DNA from: a virus
Lineage: Duplodnaviria; Caudoviricetes
DNA: 62,257 bases
Strand: one strand, 5' to 3'
Virus record (IMG/VR): IMGVR_UViG_3300030052_000108
Location: 1 to 62,257 of that record
This document shows, in pieces, positions 37,255 to 45,922 of the stretch; the stretch's first letter is position 1; each line of letters starts with the position of its first letter. The notes under the pieces are model-generated. The model had not been told where the DNA came from. It ran no database searches and saw nothing but the letters and a program-made list of their open reading frames with translations. The position numbers and the translations under genes are program-made.

Positions 37255-38669
37255 GCAACGACGTCTCCTTCAAGCGGGCGGATTACATCGAAGCGCTGGG
37301 CCGCTGGGCTACCGTCCGCGACGTCTGTGCCGGTCAGCACCGGGTTGTCGATCGACTCCCGTACATCAACGCACACGACAAGTCGCCGGAGAACGAAGAC
37401 CGGAACCGGGCTTACCGCGAGCGGGCAGTGTTCAAGAACGCTACTGGGCACACCCGTAACGGGTTGCTGGGCCTGGCCTTCCACAAGGACCCAACGCTCA
37501 CGGTGCCGAAAAAACTGGAATACCTGCAGGACAACGCCAACGGTTCTGGCGTCAGCATCTACCAGCACTCCCAGGGCACGCTTGAAAAGGTGCTTGAGGC
37601 CGGACGGCATGGGCTGTACGTCGACTATCACCAGGACGACGGCATCGGCGGGCACTCGGTGATCCTGTCCTACTGTGCTGAAGACATCATCAACTGGCGC
37701 ACCGGGATGGTGAACGGACACAGCGTGTTGACGCTGGTGGTGTTGCGTGAATCGCCTGAGATTCCCGACGGCTTCGGTTTCAAGACGGCCGAGCAGTACC
37801 GGGAACTGGCGCTGGAGGACGACGGTTTCGTTTGCCGGGTCTGGCGCAGGTCCGGGCCGAAAGGTGGCGGGCCGCTGGCGGTCACCGAAGAGTTCAGGCC
37901 TGAAGGTGTCACCGGGCGCTTCAAAGAGATCCCGTTTACCTTCGTCGGCGCGCAGAACAACGACCCGAGCATCGACGAATCACCGCTGTACGACATCGCC
38001 ATGATCAACCTGGGCCATTACCGGAACAGCGCCGACTATGAGGACAGCGTTTTCTGGTGTGGACAGGCCCAGCCTTGGATCAGCGGCTTGGATGAGCAGT
38101 GGCGCGACTGGATGGAGAAGAACGGCGTCTATGTCGGCTCCAGGGCGCCAATGATGCTGCCGGCCGGTGGCCAGTTCGGCTACGCGCAGCCATTGCCCAA
38201 CACACTGGTCAAAGAGGCCATGGCCGACAAAAACCAGATGATGATTGAACTGGGCGCGCGGATGGTGGTGGCGTCACTTGCCACCAAGACTGCTACGGAG
38301 TCCCGTGGCGATCAGTCGGCTTCCACTTCGGTGCTGGCCGGCTGCGTGGCAAACGTCAGCGAGGCTTACACCCGAGCAATCATGTGGTGCTGTGCCTACA
38401 TGGGCATCGCTGATAAGAAGGTTGCCTACCAGGTGAATCAGGAGTTCGTCGAGTTGACGGCTGATCCGCAGATGATCACCGCCCTGGTCGGCTTGTGGCA
38501 GAACGGCGGATTCGCGAAGGCTGACCTTCGGGCCTACCTGCGGAAGCTGGGCCTGATCGCGCCAGAGCGCACTGACCTGCAGATCGACGGCGAATTGCAG
38601 GAGCAGGGCGACGGCCTGGGCCTGGACAACGAGGACGCACCAAATGGCGGCAAACCAAGCAATCCATGA
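37251..38669 (+). CDS. Portal protein (DUF4055 type)
   Basis: Y..RA.F.N.T; IPF.FVG; PL.DIA..N..HY; follows terL. Confidence 0.9.
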   Translation: MSNDVSFKRADYIEALGRWATVRDVCAGQHRVVDRLPYINAHDKSPENEDRNRAYRERAVFKNATGHTRNGLLGLAFHKDPTLTVPKKLEYLQDNANGSGVSIYQHSQGTLEKVLEAGRHGLYVDYHQDDGIGGHSVILSYCAEDIINWRTGMVNGHSVLTLVVLRESPEIPDGFGFKTAEQYRELALEDDGFVCRVWRRSGPKGGGPLAVTEEFRPEGVTGRFKEIPFTFVGAQNNDPSIDESPLYDIAMINLGHYRNSADYEDSVFWCGQAQPWISGLDEQWRDWMEKNGVYVGSRAPMMLPAGGQFGYAQPLPNTLVKEAMADKNQMMIELGARMVVASLATKTATESRGDQSASTSVLAGCVANVSEAYTRAIMWCCAYMGIADKKVAYQVNQEFVELTADPQMITALVGLWQNGGFAKADLRAYLRKLGLIAPERTDLQIDGELQEQGDGLGLDNEDAPNGGKPSNP

Positions 38670-39729
38670 CGCCACCATCCGGCACGCGGTCTTCCTCGAA
38701 AAGCTGAAGGCGGGGGAGGTGGGCAAGTTCGCCCCCTTCCTCAAGGAGATCGATCGCTCGATCCGCGACCGGCTGACCCAGTCGGACCTGACCGAGTACA
38801 ACGTCAAACGCCTTGAGGCGCTGCTGAAAGAGGTGGATAGCCTGCTGCTGGGCATATTCGACCGCTACAGCGCGCTACTGAACCTCGACTTGGTGGATAT
38901 CGCCAACTATGAGGCAGAGTTCGAAGCGACCAGCCTTGCCCGGTCGGCGCCGGTTGGGGTTTCGCTGGATGTGGTCGCCCCGACGGCCGCGGCAATCCGA
39001 ACCGCAGTGCTGACGAATCCACTCAGCGTGCGCAGCACCGGCGGCGGGAAGTTGCTGAAGGCCTTCATCAAGGGTTGGACCGGCGCCGAGCGAGAGCGCG
39101 TCACCGGCACGATTCGGCAGGGTTTCTTCGAGGGGCAGACGAACTTCCAGATCATCCGCAACATTCGCGGCACTAAGGCGGCAGGCTACAAAGACGGCAT
39201 CCTGGCGACCACCAACCGCAATGCCAGCACGGTCGTACATACCGCGATTCAGCATGTGTCGTCTCAGGCGCGCATGGAGGTGGCCAAGGCCAACACTGAC
39301 ATCGTGGAAGAAATCCAGATGGTGGCCACGCTGGACAGCAAGACCAGCCAGCAATGCCGCTCGATGGACAAGCGCAAGTTTCCAGTGGATTCAGGCCCAA
39401 GGCCGCCATTCCACCCGAACTGCCGCACCACGTTTATCTTGCTGACAAAGCTCAGCGCGATGTTCGCCAAGGGCGCTACCCGGGCTTCGGTGGGCGCCAA
39501 TGGCGGGCAGCAGGTCAGTGCCGACCTCGACTATTACCACTGGCTTCAGCTTCAGCCTGCAGCGTTTCAGGACGTGGCCATCGGCCCGGTCCGGGCCAAG
39601 CTGTTCCGGGAGGGTGGATTGACCGTGGAGCGCTTCGCGGAGCTGCAGCTTGATCGCAACTTCTCGCCGCTGACGCTGGTGCAGATGAAAGGGCTTGAAC
39701 CGCTGGCATTCGAGCGCGCCGGAATTTAA
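38644..39729 (+). CDS. Minor head morphogenesis protein (SPP1 gp7/Mu gpF family)
   Basis: ATLD.KTS..CRS.D...PPFHPNCR. Confidence 0.92.
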   Translation: MAANQAIHDATIRHAVFLEKLKAGEVGKFAPFLKEIDRSIRDRLTQSDLTEYNVKRLEALLKEVDSLLLGIFDRYSALLNLDLVDIANYEAEFEATSLARSAPVGVSLDVVAPTAAAIRTAVLTNPLSVRSTGGGKLLKAFIKGWTGAERERVTGTIRQGFFEGQTNFQIIRNIRGTKAAGYKDGILATTNRNASTVVHTAIQHVSSQARMEVAKANTDIVEEIQMVATLDSKTSQQCRSMDKRKFPVDSGPRPPFHPNCRTTFILLTKLSAMFAKGATRASVGANGGQQVSADLDYYHWLQLQPAAFQDVAIGPVRAKLFREGGLTVERFAELQLDRNFSPLTLVQMKGLEPLAFERAGI

Positions 39730-39811
39730 CCGAACACATTCAATCAGCCGCCTCCGGGCGGTTTTTTATTGCCTGCAAAGCGGGCGAAACATACCCAAGG
39801 GGTGCATCAAC

Positions 39812-40540
39812 GTGGCAGAAGAAAACGAAATCGACCTGGAAAACCCGGCAATCAAGGCCGCTATCGCGACTGCCGTTGAAGCATCCGTCTCGGGTTTGAA
39901 AACCAAGAACTCGGAGCTGCTGGGTAAGCTGAAGGAAACCTCCGGCAAGTTGACCCAGTTCGAAACCCAGTTTGAAGGCATCGACATCGATGCCGTCAAA
40001 GGTCTGCTCAGTCGGGCGGGCCAAGATGAAGAAACCAAGCTGCTGACCGAGGGCAAGGTGGACGAGGTCTTCAACCGTCGCACCGAGCGCCTGCGGGGTG
40101 ACTACGACAAGCAGTTGAAGACCATCAGCGAGCGTGCCGAAAAGGCTGAGTCCTTCGCTGCCAAGTTCCAGGGCAAAGTCCTGGGCGACTCGGTGCGCGG
40201 CGCGGCACTGAAAGCCGGCGCACTGCCGGAAGCAACCGACGACATCATCCTGCGCGCCAAAGGCGTGTTCACCCTTAACGAAGATGGCGATGCAGTCGCC
40301 GTTGATGAATCCGGCCAGGTCATCCTCGGTAAAGACGGCAAGACCCCTTTGACTCCGCTCGAATGGGCTGAGTCTCTGCGCGAAAGCGCACCTCATCTGT
40401 GGCCAAGGGCTTCAGGGACATTTGCCCCGGGCGGGGGTGGCGGCAAGGCTGCATTCAAGCGCTCCGAAATGACCTCCGAGCAGAAGCGCGACTTCCAGCG
40501 CAAGCACGGCCAAACCGCATATCTCGCATTGCCCAAGTAA
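39812..40540 (+). CDS. Capsid scaffold protein
   Basis: GLK.KN.ELL coiled coil; precedes capsid gene; GTG start. Confidence 0.8.
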   Translation: MAEENEIDLENPAIKAAIATAVEASVSGLKTKNSELLGKLKETSGKLTQFETQFEGIDIDAVKGLLSRAGQDEETKLLTEGKVDEVFNRRTERLRGDYDKQLKTISERAEKAESFAAKFQGKVLGDSVRGAALKAGALPEATDDIILRAKGVFTLNEDGDAVAVDESGQVILGKDGKTPLTPLEWAESLRESAPHLWPRASGTFAPGGGGGKAAFKRSEMTSEQKRDFQRKHGQTAYLALPK

Positions 40541-40552
40541 GGGGATTGACCC

Positions 40553-41518
40553 ATGGCTACAACCGTAAACAGCGACCTGATCATCTACAACGATGAGGCG
40601 CAAACCGCATACCTGGAGCGCGTACAGGACAACCTGGATGTGTTCAACGCATCGTCCAACGGCGCGATGGTGCTGGACAACGAACTGATCGAAGGCGACT
40701 TCCGCAAGCGCGCCCTCTACAAGCTGAACGGGTCGTTGGAACACCGCGACGTCAACTCTGACGGCAAGGTAACTGCCAAGAAGATCAGCGCCGGCGAAGC
40801 TGTTGGCGTCAAGGCACCCTGGAAGTACGGCCCGTACCAAACCACCGAAGAGGCGTTCAAGCGCCGCGGTCGTCCGGTCGAGGAGTTCTCCCAGATCGTC
40901 GGCGCCGACGTTGCTGACGCGACCCTGGAGGGCTTTATCCAGTACGCAACTGCCGGCCTGCGCGCCGCTATCGGCTCCAACGCGGACATGGTGGTCTCCG
41001 CCAACATCGAAACCGATGGCAAGAAGACCCTTACTCGCGGCATGCGCAAGTTCGGCGACAAGTTCGGCCGCATCGCACTGTGGGTCATGCACTCCAGCGC
41101 CTATTTTGACATCGTCGACGAAGCGATCACCAACAAGATCTACGAAGAAGCTGGCGTCGTGATCTACGGCGGCCTGCCTGGCACCCTGGGCAAACCGGTA
41201 CTGGTGACCGACACCGCGCCGGCGGACGTGATCTTCGGCTTGCTGCCAAACGCCGTGACCATTACCGAGTCTCAGGCCCCAGGCTTCCGCTCCTACGAAG
41301 TGAACGACGAAGAGAACCTGAGCATCGGCTACCGCGCTGAAGGCACCGTGAACATTGATGTGCTGGGTTACAGCTGGAAAGCCACCACCGGCGGCTCTAA
41401 CCCAACCCTGGCCGCAGTCGGTTCTGCTGCCAACTGGATCAAGCATGCGGGCAGTAACAAGGTCACCGCTGGAGTGATGATCACGCTCACTGCAACGCCT
41501 CCGGTCACTGGCGGCTAA
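40553..41518 (+). CDS. Major capsid protein
   Basis: Size and position; KFGD....I..WVMHS, TLGKPVLVTD. Confidence 0.9.
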   Translation: MATTVNSDLIIYNDEAQTAYLERVQDNLDVFNASSNGAMVLDNELIEGDFRKRALYKLNGSLEHRDVNSDGKVTAKKISAGEAVGVKAPWKYGPYQTTEEAFKRRGRPVEEFSQIVGADVADATLEGFIQYATAGLRAAIGSNADMVVSANIETDGKKTLTRGMRKFGDKFGRIALWVMHSSAYFDIVDEAITNKIYEEAGVVIYGGLPGTLGKPVLVTDTAPADVIFGLLPNAVTITESQAPGFRSYEVNDEENLSIGYRAEGTVNIDVLGYSWKATTGGSNPTLAAVGSAANWIKHAGSNKVTAGVMITLTATPPVTGG

Positions 41519-41565
41519 GCCCCAAACTCAACGCGCGGTCAGCGATGGCCGCCTTGGAGAAACAC

Positions 41566-42150
41566 ATGGAACTGACTTACAGCAACCAACTGAACGGCTT
41601 CGACCCGGAGAAGCGTTACCGCAATCCGGAACACTTCGATAAGCCGGAAGCTGGTGTCACCAGTGTGCTGGTGATTGGTGATTGGCCCCGCGTAGTCGAC
41701 GCTTATGAAGCGGCCGGCATCGACGTGTCGGTGAAGGAGGCGAAGCGGGTGCAGATTGCTGGCGCGGCCAACCAGGCCGAACTGGAAAAAGTCATCGCGG
41801 CTTTGCGTGCTGAATATGGATCGATCCAGAACCTTGTTGATGGCCTGGATGCTGGTGAGATTCACCGCCCCGAGTCAGGCGAACTGGCGTTGCGCTTGTT
41901 TGAAGTGCTGGGCACCATTCATGGCTCGGTTGGCGAACTGACCACTGAGCGTGACGGCCTGCTCCTGACGATCGACGAATTGCGCGGCGAGATCGAAGCG
42001 CTGAAGAAGACCGCCGTCACGCCGCCGGCTGATGAGGCTGGAGAAATCGCTGCGCTGAAAGCAAAGCTCGATGAGGCCAAGGTCCAGTACCGGACCAATG
42101 CCTCGAAAGACTCCTTGGAAAAGCTCGCCGCTGATCTGCCCAAGGCGTGA
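41566..42150 (+). CDS. Head-associated hypothetical protein
   Basis: Follows capsid gene; HeH-like C-terminus. Confidence 0.65.
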   Translation: MELTYSNQLNGFDPEKRYRNPEHFDKPEAGVTSVLVIGDWPRVVDAYEAAGIDVSVKEAKRVQIAGAANQAELEKVIAALRAEYGSIQNLVDGLDAGEIHRPESGELALRLFEVLGTIHGSVGELTTERDGLLLTIDELRGEIEALKKTAVTPPADEAGEIAALKAKLDEAKVQYRTNASKDSLEKLAADLPKA

Positions 42151-42209
42151 TACTGCTGGCTGCCGGTGACCCGGTGGCCAATCTTCAAACCATTCCAGCG
42201 AGTTGACGC

Positions 42210-42713
42210 ATGACACTCATCATCGAGGACGGTACCGGCAAGCCTGACGCCGAAAGCTATGCGAGCGCGGAGGATCTGGCCCTGTATGCCGTGAAATTCG
42301 GCACGGTCATCCCTGCGGGTATCCCTGAACAGGAAGCGCTGCTGCGCCGGGCCGCCTTGGCGATGGATGGCATGACGTGGAAGGGGCGCAAGATGAGCAG
42401 CGAGCAGGCGTTGTCCTGGCCGCGCCGGGAAGTGCTGCTGGATCATGAGATCAAGCCGAACAACTACCTGCCGGCTCGCATCCAGTACGGCCAGATGGCC
42501 CTGGCCGCCGAGATTCATCAGGACGATATCGACCCGGTGGAGAAGCGCAAAGGCGCGGTAACGCTGGAGCGTGTCGAAGGTGCGGTGACTCGCGAGTACG
42601 CGACTATTCCGAACACCAGCGGCCGACTGCTGCCAGCGGCGCCTGATCGACCCAGTGCTACGCAGTTTTCCGACTATTTACAGCGGCGCGGACTATTTGC
42701 CGTCAGGGCCTAG
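42210..42713 (+). CDS. Head-tail adaptor (DnaT-like_2 family)
   Basis: IIEDGTG...AESY; Q.L.WPR. Confidence 0.8.
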   Translation: MTLIIEDGTGKPDAESYASAEDLALYAVKFGTVIPAGIPEQEALLRRAALAMDGMTWKGRKMSSEQALSWPRREVLLDHEIKPNNYLPARIQYGQMALAAEIHQDDIDPVEKRKGAVTLERVEGAVTREYATIPNTSGRLLPAAPDRPSATQFSDYLQRRGLFAVRA

Positions 42714-42758
42714 AATGGGCACCTGGAAACGATCTTCAATATTCTGGCCTGGTGATGG

Positions 42759-43076
42759 ATGGAGATAGTTGATTTGCTCGTAGATCTAATTTCACTAGCT
42801 TTGATTTTAACAGGCATCACAGAGTGGTTTTTTCTGTGGCTGATTCTGTTTTTTAGCGTATCAGTGCGAAACCAAAGTTTGTATCGAAGCAGGCGACGAA
42901 TGATTGCGTTATGCAGTCTGCCTTTGATTGCACTGTTTCAGGCGGTTATGTCGTACAAGTTTTACGACGATAGCCACAGCAACTGGCTGATTGTTTTGTC
43001 TGCGGCGGCAATTCCCGCATTTGCTCTTCTATATTTGCGTGCTTTCTTTTTAAAGAAATCAGACTTTATCCACTAG
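42759..43076 (+). CDS. AT-rich three-TM moron protein
   Basis: Hydrophobic; composition differs from flanking structural genes. Confidence 0.65.
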   Translation: MEIVDLLVDLISLALILTGITEWFFLWLILFFSVSVRNQSLYRSRRRMIALCSLPLIALFQAVMSYKFYDDSHSNWLIVLSAAAIPAFALLYLRAFFLKKSDFIH

Positions 43077-43093
43077 AAACTTCTGGAGAAATC

Positions 43094-43465
43094 ATGGCCA
43101 CCTTCTACGATGAAATGGCCGTGATGGCTCTGGAGATGATCACAGAGTTCGGCCAGCCCGTGACCATCAGCAAGACGGAGCCGGGCGAGTACGACCCGGA
43201 GACGGGCGGCGAAGCGCCTGGCGCCACCGTCGAGCAGGCCGCCCAAGGCATCCTGCTCGACTTCACCGGTCAAGAATTCCAGAACAGCAGCCTCATCAAG
43301 CAGGGCGACAAGAAGCTCAAGATCGCCGCGCAGGGATTGGTTTGGGTACCGGGCCTACTCGACAAAGTTGTGGCCCAGGGCCGCACCTGGTCAATCGTCC
43401 CTCCGCTGAAAGAGGTCAACCCCGCCGGCACGCCGATCCTGTATGAGCTGCAGGTGCGGTCATGA
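43094..43465 (+). CDS. Head closure protein
   Basis: FG..V...YDP.TG...I..GD.K...P.G..I.Y..Q.R. Confidence 0.75.
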   Translation: MATFYDEMAVMALEMITEFGQPVTISKTEPGEYDPETGGEAPGATVEQAAQGILLDFTGQEFQNSSLIKQGDKKLKIAAQGLVWVPGLLDKVVAQGRTWSIVPPLKEVNPAGTPILYELQVRS

Positions 43466-44058
43466 GCCGGGCAGGCGCCGGTCAATCTGGCGGTTTCGCC
43501 CTGAGCCTGGCCGAGTTCGCCGCCCAAACCAGCGAAGCCATCGACACCAGTGTGCGCGAGATCATCATCGAGGTCGGCAGCAGCCTGATCCGCATGTCTC
43601 CCGTGGGTAATCCGGAGATATGGGCGCAGAACGCTGTGGCGACCCAGTACAACAAGGCCGTCGACGATCACAACAGCGCACTGCGCAGTGATCCGGCCAA
43701 CCTCACGAAGGGTGGCAGACTCAAGAAGGGCCGCAAGCTCAACGACGGCATGGACATTAAAGCGCCCGAAGGCTACGTCGGCGGCCGGTTCCGGGCGAAC
43801 TGGCACATATCGCTTGGCGTGGTAGAGAGCGTCACCTTTGATGAGGTTGACCCGAGCGGCGCCGAAACCACCGCTGCAATGGTTGCCGCGATGAATGATT
43901 TCACCGCTGGCCAAATGGCCTACATCATCAACAACTTGCCCTACGCGATCCCGCTGGAGTTCGGCCACTCAACCCAGGCCCCCGGCGGCATGGTTCGGGT
44001 AACTGTGGCTCGCTTTCAGCAGATCGTGCTGGAGGCCATCAGGAACAACCAAGTATGA
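43462..44058 (+). CDS. HK97 gp10-like tail completion protein
   Basis: SPV...GRFRANW...NNLPYA..LEFGHS.QAP.GMV. Confidence 0.85.
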   Translation: MSRAGAGQSGGFALSLAEFAAQTSEAIDTSVREIIIEVGSSLIRMSPVGNPEIWAQNAVATQYNKAVDDHNSALRSDPANLTKGGRLKKGRKLNDGMDIKAPEGYVGGRFRANWHISLGVVESVTFDEVDPSGAETTAAMVAAMNDFTAGQMAYIINNLPYAIPLEFGHSTQAPGGMVRVTVARFQQIVLEAIRNNQV

Positions 44059-44483
44059 GTCACGCACGCGCCCGTCAGTCCATCGAAACGAAGCTGGCCG
44101 CATGGGCGGCTGCGCGCCCGATAAGGGTGGCCTACCCAAATCAACCGTTCACTCCGGGTTCTTCTGAAACCTACCTCCGAGCCTTTCAACTTCCAGCCAG
44201 CACCACCTGCCGCTATCTCGGCGGGGAGGCCTACGAGTACGCCGGTGTTTATCAGGTCAGCATCGTTTGTCCGTCCGGCCAGGCTTTGGCCACCGCCGAG
44301 ACGCTTATTGACGAATTGACCCGGCTGTTCCGCGTCGACACACCTCTGACCCGTAACGGTTTCGATGGCCTGATCACTGAGCCAGTAGATCAGGGACCAA
44401 CTATCACAGAGTCGGCGACCTACACGGTCCCGGCCAGCTTCACCTATCTGGGTGTCGCAGACCAACCGCCCGCTGGGGCATAA
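44055..44483 (+). CDS. Tail terminator (DUF4128-like)
   Basis: VAYPN..F.P...YLR...G.YQV. Confidence 0.75.
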   Translation: MSHARARQSIETKLAAWAAARPIRVAYPNQPFTPGSSETYLRAFQLPASTTCRYLGGEAYEYAGVYQVSIVCPSGQALATAETLIDELTRLFRVDTPLTRNGFDGLITEPVDQGPTITESATYTVPASFTYLGVADQPPAGA

Positions 44484-44522
44484 CCTACCGCCGTCAGGCG
44501 GGCACTCAAGAGGAAATACACC

Positions 44523-45182
44523 ATGGCCGCACGCTTCCCGCTGCCGAACGGCGCTGTGCTGGAGATTGCCAGCGTTATGGGCTCCGCAGTCGCTTTCACC
44601 GCATTGACCAATGCGAAATCGCCAGTCGCTGCGTCTGTAGGGCACAGCATTGAAAACGGCGACGTCCTGCTGATCAATTCTGGTTGGGCGCTGATCAACG
44701 ACCGCGCAGTAAAGGCTTCCGGCATTACTGCTGATGCTTTCGCTCTGGCCGGTCTCAACACCACCAATACCGACAAGTACACCGTGGGCGCAGGCGCTGG
44801 CTCTGTGATCCCGGTGTCCGGCTGGACGCAGATCTCGAAGGTCACGTCTTTCACATCTTCTGGCGGCGAGCAGCAGTACCAAACCGTCGGCTACCTGGAA
44901 GATGACGACGACAAACAGTTCCCGACAAACCGCAATCCGACCACGATCACCATCGTGGTGGAGGACCAGCCAACAGCTCAGTACGTCGAAACCGTCGAAG
45001 GATACGACGACACCAAGGAACTGGCGGTGGTCCGCATGAAGTTGCGTAACGGTGACCAGATTCTCTACCCGGGCTATGTGAGCATTACCCCTGACCCAAC
45101 CATGGAGCGCAACAACGTCATGACGCGCACCATCAGCATCGGGCTTTCCGCTCGTTCGCTCCGTTATTTGGCTGGCGCATAA
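44523..45182 (+). CDS. Major tail tube protein
   Basis: LPNG...GD.....SGW...SGGEQQ motifs of Phage_tail_3. Confidence 0.85.
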   Translation: MAARFPLPNGAVLEIASVMGSAVAFTALTNAKSPVAASVGHSIENGDVLLINSGWALINDRAVKASGITADAFALAGLNTTNTDKYTVGAGAGSVIPVSGWTQISKVTSFTSSGGEQQYQTVGYLEDDDDKQFPTNRNPTTITIVVEDQPTAQYVETVEGYDDTKELAVVRMKLRNGDQILYPGYVSITPDPTMERNNVMTRTISIGLSARSLRYLAGA

Positions 45183-45191
45183 GGATTTCCC

Positions 45192-45572
45192 ATGGCAAAG
45201 ATCAGGATCGCCCAGAACCCTACATTCAAGGCATTCGTGCTGATCCCAATTGTTGGAGAGGAACCCGAGAAAATCGAGTTCACCTTCAAGTATCGGGATC
45301 GCCCGGGGCTTGCTGCCTTGTTCGATGAGTGGAGCGCAAAGGGAAAGCAGATGCGCGAGAGCTTCGGCGAAGCCACCACTTTGTCCGATGTCGTTTCTGC
45401 CGAGACCGAGCTTCAGGTGCAGCAAATCAAGGATCTCGTCGTTGGGTGGGGGTTCGATGACAAGTTTGACGACAAGAGCATCCAGGCCCTTGTTAAGTCC
45501 TGTTATGGCACCGCCGAAGCGGTCGTGAGCGCCTATCAGAGCGCATTCAGCCAGGCTCGCCTGGGAAACTGA
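45192..45572 (+). CDS. Tail assembly chaperone (G-like)
   Basis: PTF...V.IP...FTF...GW...ARLGN. Confidence 0.85.
   Translation: MAKIRIAQNPTFKAFVLIPIVGEEPEKIEFTFKYRDRPGLAALFDEWSAKGKQMRESFGEATTLSDVVSAETELQVQQIKDLVVGWGFDDKFDDKSIQALVKSCYGTAEAVVSAYQSAFSQARLGN
45563..45569 (+). other. Programmed -1 frameshift slippery site GGGAAAC
   Basis: X XXY YYZ heptamer at end of the G-like gene, leading into the T-like frame. Confidence 0.8.
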
Positions 45573-45589
45573 TAGCGGCAGCCAAAGCA

Positions 45590-45895
45590 ATGTACGGAAG
45601 CGGCCAATCTGCTGAGCAATTGGCTGCTCTCGGGCTGACGGCTGCCGACCTCGATGAGGAAGATGTCGAGGTCTGGCCCTGCAACTGGCCGGCCTTCCTC
45701 CTGTTCAACAGGATGTCCACTCAGTGGCGGGCTGGCACCGGCGGCGCGATCGGTCTCGACTACAGCAGCATCCGCGACGTGGCCGGATTTCTCGGCATCA
45801 AGAAAAAGAAACTCGCTGAAATCTTCCCTGACCTTCAGGTGCTGGAAGGCGAAGCCCTGCGCGTCATGGCGGAGGAAAGGGCAAACAGCCCGTAA
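45590..45895 (+). CDS. DUF1799 tail chaperone (T part of G-T fusion)
   Basis: VWP.NW....F..M.TQWR.G.GG..GLDY. Confidence 0.85.
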   Translation: MYGSGQSAEQLAALGLTAADLDEEDVEVWPCNWPAFLLFNRMSTQWRAGTGGAIGLDYSSIRDVAGFLGIKKKKLAEIFPDLQVLEGEALRVMAEERANSP

Positions 45896-45922
45896 CCACG
45901 GGCACTTATTCAAGGTGAGTCG

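Noticed and set aside
45563-45569. Tail chaperone frameshift as a novelty
   Set aside because: Well-known conserved feature of long-tailed phages; listed as a feature only
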